Positions 1 through 8,833 of a stretch of 64,000 nt of DNA are shown here, piece after piece. The stretch lies in contig DYKB01000033.1 of the NCBI GenBank assembly GCA_020722815.1, forward strand, positions 3,916-67,915. The letters are read 5' to 3'. The notes below the pieces were generated by a model that was not told where the DNA came from, did not search any database, and saw nothing but the letters and a program-made list of their open reading frames with translations. Made by a program: the position numbers and the translations under genes. The stretch comes from Caldithrix sp. (lineage in GTDB: Bacteria; Zhuqueibacterota; Zhuqueibacteria; Thermofontimicrobiales; Sulfurfontimicrobiaceae). Numbering within the stretch: position 1 is the first letter of the stretch; each line of letters begins with the position of its first letter.

Positions 1-1447
1 TTTCGGTCTGGCCGGCTTTTAAAGGAAAGGGACCAGATGAAAAATACATGGCCAGATTCGCCGTTACCTGCAGCGCATCTTTTGGCTGAGGAGATGAACG
101 AAACGCCCGCCAATTTTGATTTTCATTCCAGAGTTCATAAGGTGTATGCACCGGAAAAATTTCAAATCCGGTCAAGCCAATCTGATCAGATTCATCTTTA
201 TCCAGATAATCAAAATTAGGTTCGCCAGGGGTAGGTCGACCATCAGCTTCACCTTCATCTGGACCGGTATAATCCGGGTCATAAGGACTTAATCCATCTT
301 TCCCCACATCATCGAAAACAGGCTCGCCCGAATCCCAGGTACCGTTTTCATTCAAATCTTCAAAGCCTTTCCAGTCAATATCTTCATCACCAGACCAATG
401 CGAACGCAATTCACGGCCGGGATAATAGGATAGATACGCCTGTGGATCCGTAATACCATACGGATAGGTATCAATCCAGTTTCCGGGACCACTGACACGG
501 CTTTCGTTAACAATACCGTCAGAATCGTTGTCCCGAATATCATTTTCGATGCCGGGACTTTCCAGAAATGCAAAGCCGGTGACGCCAACTGGTGACCAGT
601 TTCCTGGCGTTCCAAAGCCATTGTAATCCCACGCCCAGGCGAGATCAAGGAGCAAATCATAACTTCCGGTATCATCCGAGGAATCATCTGTTCCCCCAAC
701 ACCCCAGTCGATGTAGAAGACATAGAAAGTACTATCGTAATCCGTCTTACCTTCGTTGGTAATCGAATAAATGGCAAAAATAACATCTTCCGCCAGTACT
801 TGTGACCATTGAAAAAGCCGCGTCGCGACTTCAAGTCCCAAACCGCGCCGTTCCGGATTGGTTGGATCGGGATAAAAATCCCATTCCTCATCGGGATCAT
901 CATCAAATACGAAATAAGTTTCCAGATCAGCATTTTTGATATTTTTGCCAAAAAAACCATTCCATTTACCATTCCAGCCGGGATCGGATGCGTCGTCCAT
1001 TTTATCCGGCCAGGAAGCCGGCCAGGTCTTGGGATCATCACTCATCGCCGGTTCTTCACCTTTGGTGTTGAAATAACCTGGTAATGGTCCCCAGCCCCAA
1101 AGTTCATCATTCGGACCCGTATCCACAAACTCCCGATATTGCGTTTCCATGGGGTAGATGACTTTTCCATTTCTATCAATCGTTCGCGATTGCACCACCA
1201 GTGCTACCCCATCCACATAAGAATGACCACTCCCCTTGGGCCATTCACAGGAGGGTTGATCCGGCCAATGAGAAACTTCACCCCAATTGATGAAGATAGT
1301 GCGGACCAGATTGCCATCCATAATACCCTGCCGGCGAAATTTGGTATTGCCGGTATTCAGATCTGGTTTCCGCTGGGCAAAAAGCGTATTAGCCGGCAGA
1401 ATAAAAAATATTAAAAAAGCTAATAATATTAGAAAGTTAGTTTGCAT
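1..1447 (-). CDS. Large secreted Asp/Trp-rich protein of the type encoded downstream of TonB-dependent receptors in Ignavibacteria/KSB1/Calditrichota glycan loci (partial, runs off the window)
   Basis: Absent from the ORF track because it is open-ended. Manual translation from ATG 1447 (SD GAGG): MQTNFLILLAFLIFFILPANTLFAQRKPDLNTGNTKFRRQGIMDGNLVRTIFINWGE...CEWPKGSGHSY...WPASWPDK...DLETYFVFDD...GLGLEVATRLFQWSQVLAEDVIF...DNDSDGIVDE. It has a signal peptide and DxDxDG motifs, and no stop was seen in the stretches translated. Confidence 0.88.
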   Translation of the reverse strand, partial: MQTNFLILLAFLIFFILPANTLFAQRKPDLNTGNTKFRRQGIMDGNLVRTIFINWGEVSHWPDQPSCEWPKGSGHSYVDGVALVVQSRTIDRNGKVIYPMETQYREFVDTGPNDELWGWGPLPGYFNTKGEEPAMSDDPKTWPASWPDKMDDASDPGWNGKWNGFFGKNIKNADLETYFVFDDDPDEEWDFYPDPTNPERRGLGLEVATRLFQWSQVLAEDVIFAIYSITNEGKTDYDSTFYVFYIDWGVGGTDDSSDDTGSYDLLLDLAWAWDYNGFGTPGNWSPVGVTGFAFLESPGIENDIRDNDSDGIVNESRVSGPGNWIDTYPYGITDPQAYLSYYPGRELRSHWSGDEDIDWKGFEDLNENGTWDSGEPVFDDVGKDGLSPYDPDYTGPDEGEADGRPTPGEPNFDYLDKDESDQIGLTGFEIFPVHTPYELWNENQNWRAFRSSPQPKDALQVTANLAMYFSSGPFPLKAGQTE

Positions 1448-1548
1448 AATCAACCTCAATTTGATGAAATAGGTCAATTTGAGTGCATTTTAAGCGTTTA
1501 ATTTGACAAATTAACAATTTGTTCTATATTTTTTCAGACAAACGCTCA

Positions 1549-4245
1549 TTAAAATTCGAATTCAAAGCCCACCTGAACTTCTCTGGGTGCTGAATAAAAG
1601 TCCGGCCGGGTGATATATTGATTATAGGTGTTGATCCCCTGTGGACGTAAGCCACCGGTCGAAAGTGAAGCCAATGAATAGGTTGCCCGTCCCGTATCGG
1701 AATAGACATTTAATTCATTCAGTCGATCAAGAAGATTATAAATTCTTAAAAATAAGGAAAGATTAAAATTCGCGAGTTTAAAGTCCCGATAACTGTAGAA
1801 ATCAAAGTTATAAACAATCGGCCTGCGGGCGCTGTTTTCTACGATTGCGCGTGTCGTTTGATAAGTTGGCGTATAGGGCAAGCCGGTTCCAACGCGGCCA
1901 ATCAGGCTCATGGCAAAGTATTGAACTGGCACGAAGGTCAACGAAAGATTTAATTGATGCCTTCGATCCCAGTCAAGCGGTACCATCTGCTTGGTTGGTT
2001 CACGACCGGCCTGACTATCGAGAAAGGCCGAATTCGGGTCCGAAGCATTCCCTTTCGCTATCTGATAGGTGTAATCCAGACTGGCCCCGATTCCTTCTGA
2101 TTGCCGTTTTTTCAGCGACAGCGTAACCCCTTTCACATTTCCATAATCACGATTGATATACCGGGCATAACGAATTCCTGCCAGGGTATAGAGCACTTCT
2201 GTCCCCAGAAGATTTCGAATATCTTTATAAAAAACCGTCACATCCACTGAAAAGTCGGTCATGATTTGCTGCTGCAAACCGATTTCATAGCTGACAGTTT
2301 GCTCTGGTTTTAGATTCGCATTTCCAATTGTGTTCAGAACGCTATTGGGGGGCGGTGCCGGGGTACTTTGCAATTCAAAAATATCAAATTCAGGATTCGT
2401 ATAAAGATAATCCAGGCGTGGGGTCTGGAAAAAATGTCCGTAGGAAACATGGATTTTTCCCTGATCGGTTATGGGATAAGCCAACCCGAACCTGGGACTG
2501 AATTGCATACTTTTCTTTGCTGCATCGGTTGGTGATGTATCCGGTTCCTGAAAATTCTGTGGAATACTCCCGTTGGGATTGAAATAGTCAAATCGGAAGC
2601 CAGCATTGACAATCATGTAATCCAGTTCAACTTTATCCTGAAAATAAGCCGAAATTTCCACCGGCTGATGCGCGTACTGATTGTTCTTAAATGTCGTTAT
2701 AGGACTCATTCGGCCTGGTTCGTCAAGAATGACCTGATATTCATGAAGCCAAAGTTTATGCTTTTTATATTCGAGACCAAATTTAAGTTGATGATATTTA
2801 TTGACCTGACTCGTGAGATCCAATTTCGCCAAACTCGTTTGCGTCTTGCGTTTGAACTGCCACATTTGCAGGCCACCGGTATAAAAGGCATTTGAACCGG
2901 CATCCTGCAATCGTATTTCCGAGACATAGCCAGCATCATAAGGATCTTCATGGACGTATTGCTTATAGTTTTTATTGAAATGCGAGAATTTTAACGTTCC
3001 AAAGGTACGGCTGCTGAAAACATGCGTCCACGAAAAGCTATGTTTAATGCCCTCGTCGAAATAGCGATAAGTGCCATCAGGATTTAAGCGGAATTCATGG
3101 ACATAATTTTGATATTCATTATTTTCGCGTAAAATTTCGTAACTCAATTTTTCTGAAGCTACCGGTTTATAAGTCAATTTTCCCTGGAGACTTAATCTTT
3201 GACTGGGATTCATTGGAATGGCTTCCGCTTCATCAATCAATTTTTGGGCGGTTTCGTCATTAAATGGGTAAATTTTGCCCTGCGACATGATGGTCCAGGC
3301 GTCAGTTCGGGTTGGGCCAGATTGAAAATTGGACGAATCAGAAGGGACGAAAACCTTTTTACCATACAAAAAGCCGTCGCTGTTAAAATATCTGCCGGTA
3401 GCAAAAAAGGTCAGTTTATCACTTGAAAACGGCCAAACAGGACCTTCCAGGGTGAGTTGGCCGTTATAGGTCGGGTTAATTTTATCAATATTCCAGAAAA
3501 TATCCTTGTTGGAACTGATGTGATCACCAAAATATGCTGTCGCCTGGCCGTGTAATTGACGACCACCTTCTTTGGTGACAATATTCACCACCCCACTCAT
3601 GGCCTGGCCATATTCGGCATTAAAAGTTCCGCTAATCACTTCTAGCTCGGAAATAGAACTGTTTTCCACCTGGAAAGCCGCATTGCCGGAATAGGCATCA
3701 TTGACCGGGATACCATCAATCATATACATCACTTCCCCGGTACGTCCGCCGCGAAAGTGACCCTCTACCACGCCGGCCTGCAAATTCACCACATCATTAA
3801 AATTTTCCACCGGCAGCATGGAAATTGTTTCAGCACCAATAACCGCTTCACTGGAAGTCAAATCCATCTGTACCAGTGGTCTTTCAGCGACAATTGTAAC
3901 TTCCTTTCCAAGTTCCAGAACCTTTTCACTGAGTTTAAAGTCCAGACGACGGGTTTTGTCAATAGAAACACGTACTTGCTCATAAGCTTGCGGATCATAT
4001 CCCATCATCCTGGCAATGATACGATAATTGCCGGGTGGCACCATGAGGATCATGTAATCCCCACTTAAATCGGATGCCGCCCCCAGTGTTGTCCCATCCA
4101 CGAGAATGTTGACGCCAGGTAAAGGCTCACCTGTTTTGGCATCTGTGACACGTCCGGCAATCTTTCCGGTTGTCCCACCTAAAAGAATCGAACTGAACAG
4201 TAAGGAAAAGAAGATTATACCAATGAATGAATTTTTAAATTTCAT
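1549..4245 (-). CDS. TonB-dependent receptor with N-terminal carboxypeptidase-regulatory-like domain
   Basis: Signal peptide, GTTGKIAGRVTD...GEPLPGVNI, plug motifs (GGRTGEVMYMIDGIPV, GTFNAEYGQAMSGVVNIVTK), NLKPEQTVSYEIG, C-terminal Phe (VGFEFEF). Confidence 0.95.
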   Translation of the reverse strand: MKFKNSFIGIIFFSLLFSSILLGGTTGKIAGRVTDAKTGEPLPGVNILVDGTTLGAASDLSGDYMILMVPPGNYRIIARMMGYDPQAYEQVRVSIDKTRRLDFKLSEKVLELGKEVTIVAERPLVQMDLTSSEAVIGAETISMLPVENFNDVVNLQAGVVEGHFRGGRTGEVMYMIDGIPVNDAYSGNAAFQVENSSISELEVISGTFNAEYGQAMSGVVNIVTKEGGRQLHGQATAYFGDHISSNKDIFWNIDKINPTYNGQLTLEGPVWPFSSDKLTFFATGRYFNSDGFLYGKKVFVPSDSSNFQSGPTRTDAWTIMSQGKIYPFNDETAQKLIDEAEAIPMNPSQRLSLQGKLTYKPVASEKLSYEILRENNEYQNYVHEFRLNPDGTYRYFDEGIKHSFSWTHVFSSRTFGTLKFSHFNKNYKQYVHEDPYDAGYVSEIRLQDAGSNAFYTGGLQMWQFKRKTQTSLAKLDLTSQVNKYHQLKFGLEYKKHKLWLHEYQVILDEPGRMSPITTFKNNQYAHQPVEISAYFQDKVELDYMIVNAGFRFDYFNPNGSIPQNFQEPDTSPTDAAKKSMQFSPRFGLAYPITDQGKIHVSYGHFFQTPRLDYLYTNPEFDIFELQSTPAPPPNSVLNTIGNANLKPEQTVSYEIGLQQQIMTDFSVDVTVFYKDIRNLLGTEVLYTLAGIRYARYINRDYGNVKGVTLSLKKRQSEGIGASLDYTYQIAKGNASDPNSAFLDSQAGREPTKQMVPLDWDRRHQLNLSLTFVPVQYFAMSLIGRVGTGLPYTPTYQTTRAIVENSARRPIVYNFDFYSYRDFKLANFNLSLFLRIYNLLDRLNELNVYSDTGRATYSLASLSTGGLRPQGINTYNQYITRPDFYSAPREVQVGFEFEF

Positions 4246-4359
4246 TTAAAAACCTCACTCAAGTAAAAATATGAAAAGAGAATATTATCCTTATAAAAAC
4301 TCTAAATGGATTGGAAATTCGTAATTATTTTTTTTGTTCAAGATTCAAGGATAACAAAT

Positions 4360-4389
4360 GAGCCGCATCCTTTATGAAAGACGCGGCTC
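4360..4389 (-). terminator. Intergenic hairpin (terminator or mRNA-stabilising stem) between the CBM-repeat gene and the TBDR
   Basis: Minus-strand GAGCCGCGTC-TTT-CAT-AAA-GGATGCGGCTC stem just after the stop codon; weak U tail. Confidence 0.6.
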
Positions 4390-4407
4390 CTGAGGCTTAG
4401 CGCATAA

Positions 4408-6891
4408 TTATTTAATTAACAATACCTTATGATCAACCTGAAAATCCTTACCGACTAATCGAACAAAGTAAATTCCACTCGGCACCGAATGACCCTGTTG
4501 ATCCAGACCATTCCAGCTAATTTTATAGGTTCCCGCCAGTCGGAAATCATTTACGACCGTGCGAACCTTTTGACCGAGCATGTTGTAAATCGCCAATTCA
4601 ACCACACCATCTTTTGGCAAGTAATATTCAACGGTTGTTTCTGGATTAAATGGATTTGGATAGTTTTTGATAACCGCATGAGATTCAGGCATGCGTGGTC
4701 CAAGAGATAGAATTTCACCTTCGACAGCCGTTACTTTTATTTCAAACGGATGTACCGCGAAATCATCATACCAGCAATAGCCCTGGGGGAAGGAATTAAA
4801 TCGTGCGCGGACCGAAATCCCAGCCACTTCTTCAGCCGGTGCTTTCACCGCATAAATATATGGCGTCCAATCCGTGCTGGAATCACGTTGATTAAAGTAT
4901 CCAAACATATCACCCGGAGGCGTCAAATCCCAGCTATCCCTGAAACCTTTATGGAAGAAGAAACAAAGCCCCATCCGATCATTATCGCGATCATAGGCAA
5001 CATTACTTGGTAGAAATTTCGGATTGGCATTGGCGCTATCAGTTTTCGCCCACACACTAATCATATACCATTTGTTGGGTTCGGCCGGTGCTGGTTCAGA
5101 ATAGAAAACCATTTCATCATCATTGGCATCTCGTTCGACCAGCAGGGCTGACCAATCGCCACTTTGGGCCACATCTTTAACGGTATTCGCAAAACCGGCG
5201 CCCGGACCCGCTGCCCACATCATCCAGCCAACCGGCGTTTCAAAATCACCATTAAACGGCCACATGGACCAGGGATCGCTGCCGCAACCGACATCATCAA
5301 ACCAGACAGTACCCGTCGCATCTTTCCCCATTGTCAGCACCATGAACATTTCATCCGGATCCGTTCCCGCTGGAATTAATAATCCACTGGTATATTCCGT
5401 CCAGTCGGAAGATGCTTTGCGCTGATCTACTTCGATAAATTGTTCACCCAGAAGGGTTCCGCCGGCTTTGAAGACAAATAAAGCACCGATTTTTGCATCA
5501 TCTGTGGCGGGATTGGTATTAACATTTTCGGTTTTCGCCCAGAAGGAGAGATTATAAAGCCGATCAGCGGCGGCATTATTCCAATATAAATCAGCATTAT
5601 TAACACTTTTCCAGCCAACCATATCGGAAGTTGCTGCCGGTTTCATAACTTTAACAGAACGCATACTGTTATGACCATTCTCCATATCCCACGAAGTCAA
5701 TGAACCGCCCATATTGTCATTCACCGACCTCCAGAAATTCGGCACCACCTGTTCCAGATCACCATTGACCAGAACATTTTCACCCAACTCGACTTCTTCA
5801 ACCGCAAAATCATCATACCAGCAATAGCCTTGTGGAAAAGAGGTGAATCGGGCCCGAACGGAAATACCTTCAACTTCTTCATCCGGTGCTTTTACCAGAA
5901 CGGTGTATTCGGTCCAATCCTTTGTCGAATCACGCTGATCGAAATATAAATACATATCACCAGGCGGCGTCAGGTCCCAACTGGTTCGTAAACCCTTATG
6001 AAAGAAGAAGCAGAGACCAAGCCGATCATTATCACGCTCTGTGGTGGTATTGCTGGCCCAGAATGCGGGGTCAGTATTAACGCTGTCGGTTTTTGCCCAG
6101 ACAGTCACTTTGTACCACTTACCCGGTTTTGCTGGTGCCGGTTCAGAATAGAATACCATTTCATCATCGGCGGCATCACGTTCCATTAAAAGCGCCGACC
6201 ATTCGCCGCTATGTGCTGGACCTTTTACCGTATTGGCAAAACCGGCACCGGGACCTGCAGCCCACATCATCCAGCCCACAGATGTTTCAAAATCGCCATT
6301 AAATGGCCACATCGACCAAGGATCGCTCCCACAGCCCACATCATCAAACCAGACCGTTCCGATTGCATCCTTCCCCATTTTCAATACCATATACATTTCA
6401 TCGGGCGCGGGTCCCGCAGGAATCAGCAGTCCACCGGTATATTCTGTCCAATCCTTATCCGCAACGCTTTGATCAACTTCAACAAACTGCTCACCAAGTA
6501 AATTACCAGCCGCTTTAAAAACAAATAGCACACCAATTTTGGCATCAGCAGCAGGATTTGTGTTAACTCCCTGAGTTTTTGCCCAGAAAGAGAGATTATA
6601 AAGCCGATCGGCTGCGGCATCATTCCAATATAAATCGGCATTATTGACACTCTTCCAGCCAACCATATCAGCCGTGGTGGCAGATTTCATCACTTTTAGG
6701 GAACGCAAGCTATTATGACCATTTTCTAAATCCCATTGAGTTGAGGCGCCGCCCGGATTATCATTTACCGACATCCAGAAATTCGGGGCAACCTGTTCCA
6801 AATCGCCATTTACCAGAATATTCGTACCTGCCAAAGTTAAACTTGTTAATACAATTAAAATCAAACCGATTAGTAAAAAGCGTTTCATCAT
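4408..6891 (-). CDS. Secreted protein with two ~348-aa tandem repeats of CBM4/9/16-like beta-sandwich modules and a FlgD-Ig/T9SS-type C-terminal domain
   Basis: Start moved from 6975 to MMKRFLL (6891, SD GGAGG, signal peptide follows). NILVNGDLEQ/NVLVNGDLEQ repeats, VWFDDV and CWYDDF motifs, NYPNPFNPET...SGIYFVRL tail. Confidence 0.88.
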   Translation of the reverse strand: MMKRFLLIGLILIVLTSLTLAGTNILVNGDLEQVAPNFWMSVNDNPGGASTQWDLENGHNSLRSLKVMKSATTADMVGWKSVNNADLYWNDAAADRLYNLSFWAKTQGVNTNPAADAKIGVLFVFKAAGNLLGEQFVEVDQSVADKDWTEYTGGLLIPAGPAPDEMYMVLKMGKDAIGTVWFDDVGCGSDPWSMWPFNGDFETSVGWMMWAAGPGAGFANTVKGPAHSGEWSALLMERDAADDEMVFYSEPAPAKPGKWYKVTVWAKTDSVNTDPAFWASNTTTERDNDRLGLCFFFHKGLRTSWDLTPPGDMYLYFDQRDSTKDWTEYTVLVKAPDEEVEGISVRARFTSFPQGYCWYDDFAVEEVELGENVLVNGDLEQVVPNFWRSVNDNMGGSLTSWDMENGHNSMRSVKVMKPAATSDMVGWKSVNNADLYWNNAAADRLYNLSFWAKTENVNTNPATDDAKIGALFVFKAGGTLLGEQFIEVDQRKASSDWTEYTSGLLIPAGTDPDEMFMVLTMGKDATGTVWFDDVGCGSDPWSMWPFNGDFETPVGWMMWAAGPGAGFANTVKDVAQSGDWSALLVERDANDDEMVFYSEPAPAEPNKWYMISVWAKTDSANANPKFLPSNVAYDRDNDRMGLCFFFHKGFRDSWDLTPPGDMFGYFNQRDSSTDWTPYIYAVKAPAEEVAGISVRARFNSFPQGYCWYDDFAVHPFEIKVTAVEGEILSLGPRMPESHAVIKNYPNPFNPETTVEYYLPKDGVVELAIYNMLGQKVRTVVNDFRLAGTYKISWNGLDQQGHSVPSGIYFVRLVGKDFQVDHKVLLIK

Positions 6892-6923
6892 TAAGTCCTC
6901 CAATAGAATGACCATTAAAATAT

Positions 6924-6939
6924 TGTGAAAAAGTTCACA
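6924..6939. promoter_or_regulatory. CRP/FNR-family-type box
   Basis: TGTGA-AAAAGT-TCACA, exact TGTGA-N6-TCACA, ~35 bp upstream of the CBM-repeat gene. Confidence 0.5.
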
Positions 6940-7042
6940 AAGTTTATTAATAATATTAAAAGCGATTTTAGCCATCCATAAACATCCCTCCTTTCAAAAT
7001 TGCTCAATTGAAAATAAACAAAATTTTAAAAAAGAAAATAAC

Positions 7043-8050
7043 TCATGTGCTTTTTCGAACAATCAGGGTTGTTGGAACCAATATTTTGGTATTACTTCTT
7101 TTGCCGGTTCGAATCATTTCGAGCAGCGTTTTACATGCAAGTATTCCCATTTCTTCTTTTTGAACCTGAATTGTTGTTAAAGGAGGATTGGCATTGGCAG
7201 CCGTGACAACATCATCAAAACCGACGATGGCAACCTGTTCCGGAATTTTTATCTGATTTTCAGCAAGCGACCGCATACAACCGAGCGCCAGCGCATCATT
7301 CGCCGTAAAAATGGCATCAAACTCCTCTTCCCGATTAATTAATTCCTGCATCGCTTCATAACCATACTGAAAAGTGGTATTCGGTTTATTATATATAACA
7401 ATTTCGGGTCGAAGTGGAATTTGACTATCGGAAAGGGCTTTCAGGTAACCATCATAACGAGCTTTAATACTGGGATGCTCGATATCACCAGCGATAAAAG
7501 CAATTTTCAGGCGACCCCGTTGGATGAGATGATTCACCGCTTGCCGGGCAGCTTCAAAATTATCAATTAGCACGGCCTGGGCAATTCCTTCCTGTGGTAA
7601 AAAATCGACTAATACAAACGGAATTTTCAATTTTCGGATATAATCAATTAAATTATAAGGGACACGTCCGGCCAGGATGATCCCGTCGACATTCCGATCG
7701 AGGAGGAAACGCGGGACATCTTTCTTACCCTGAAAGCTATTTTGTACAGTGGTTAATAATATGTAAACATTGTGGTTACGGGCTTCAAATTCGGCGCCAA
7801 GGAAAATGTGAGTGTAGAATGGTTCCGAGCGGGTAAAGTGATCTTCAGTGATGATAAAACCAATATTGCCTTTTGATTTACCGGCTAATTGCCGTGCGGA
7901 TAGATTGGGACGATAGTTTAAATCACGAATGGCAGCTTCCACCTTTTGACGTGTTTCCTCAGCCACTTTTGGGCTCTGGTTAATCACCAGCGATACCGTA
8001 CTAATCGCCACGCCAGCTTTTTGAGCAACATCTTTGATTGTTACTTTCAT
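7043..8050 (-). CDS. LacI-family transcriptional regulator
   Basis: VTIKDVAQKAGVAISTVSLVIN HTH, YRPNLSARQL hinge, periplasmic-binding fold (IPEQVAIVGFDD, PPLTTI). Confidence 0.97.
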   Translation of the reverse strand: MKVTIKDVAQKAGVAISTVSLVINQSPKVAEETRQKVEAAIRDLNYRPNLSARQLAGKSKGNIGFIITEDHFTRSEPFYTHIFLGAEFEARNHNVYILLTTVQNSFQGKKDVPRFLLDRNVDGIILAGRVPYNLIDYIRKLKIPFVLVDFLPQEGIAQAVLIDNFEAARQAVNHLIQRGRLKIAFIAGDIEHPSIKARYDGYLKALSDSQIPLRPEIVIYNKPNTTFQYGYEAMQELINREEEFDAIFTANDALALGCMRSLAENQIKIPEQVAIVGFDDVVTAANANPPLTTIQVQKEEMGILACKTLLEMIRTGKRSNTKILVPTTLIVRKST

Positions 8051-8164
8051 CGCACCAGACTGTTTTTTAAATCAAATACTAAGTACTTATATTTAAAAAC
8101 GTTAAATATGAATTATCACATGAACTATTTGATTTTTAAGGGCGAAAAAAAATCGAAAAAATAA

Positions 8165-8209
8165 ATCGAAACGCTTCGATAAGATATTAATATTTTTCGA
8201 TTTTGTCAA
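8165..8209 (-). promoter_or_regulatory. Sigma70-type promoter of lacI with a LacI operator at the start site
   Basis: Minus-strand TTGACA (8209-8204), 17 bp spacer, TATCTT (8186-8181), immediately followed by the CG-centred palindrome ATCGAAACGCTTCGAT (8165-8180). Confidence 0.75.
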
Positions 8210-8833
8210 GGCTTTTTTTCTCAATTAACAAAAAAATTTCCTGAAAACCCCTCTAAAAACTTTCACGATATTGACATTCAGCTTATTTTTATTAGATTTA
8301 GAGACAAATGTAACTATTCAAATTCAAGGTTCTATTGTGGCCGGTTCAGGATTAAGAACTATTTAAAAAATAGGATTTCTCACGGTGATCCCTGAACCAA
8401 CCCGAGATTTTCCTGCTAAATTAAAAAAATTCAAGCTTCACAGTATAAATAGCCATTTTATTTTTAACCAAATATTAAATAAAGTGATGTAAGTCAAATT
8501 TAACCATGGGATTCAGATTATCTTAATCGTCTGGGGAAATCCGACCTTACGGAGGAAAAATTTTCATATCAAAACATCCTTTTTTCAATTCATAATGTAA
8601 ATTTTACATATTTGTATTTGAATTTTGAATTTGAATGGCCCGACGATTTGGAAAGGAAGATAAATTTTACATTTTTGTAATATGGGTTAACCCATTTTTT
8701 TTCAAATAGTTAGACAAGCATTATCAACTTAACTCCAGTTTGACTTCCTGAATTATTTTTGATTTGGCATTCCCTTTGCGAATACATGCCAGCAATTAAT
8801 CAGTTATCGGGAATTTTGAATTGGAGAAAAAAA

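Noticed and set aside
352-1041. 229-aa minus-strand ORF from the track
   Set aside because: Out-of-frame shadow of the real open-ended CDS starting at 1447
6892-6975. N-terminal extension of the CBM-repeat protein
   Set aside because: The signal peptide and SD fit a start at 6891 better
8343-8399. Long hairpin GGTTCAGG...CCTGAACC as a candidate sRNA or riboswitch
   Set aside because: No recognisable riboswitch motif; more likely a decayed REP-like palindrome
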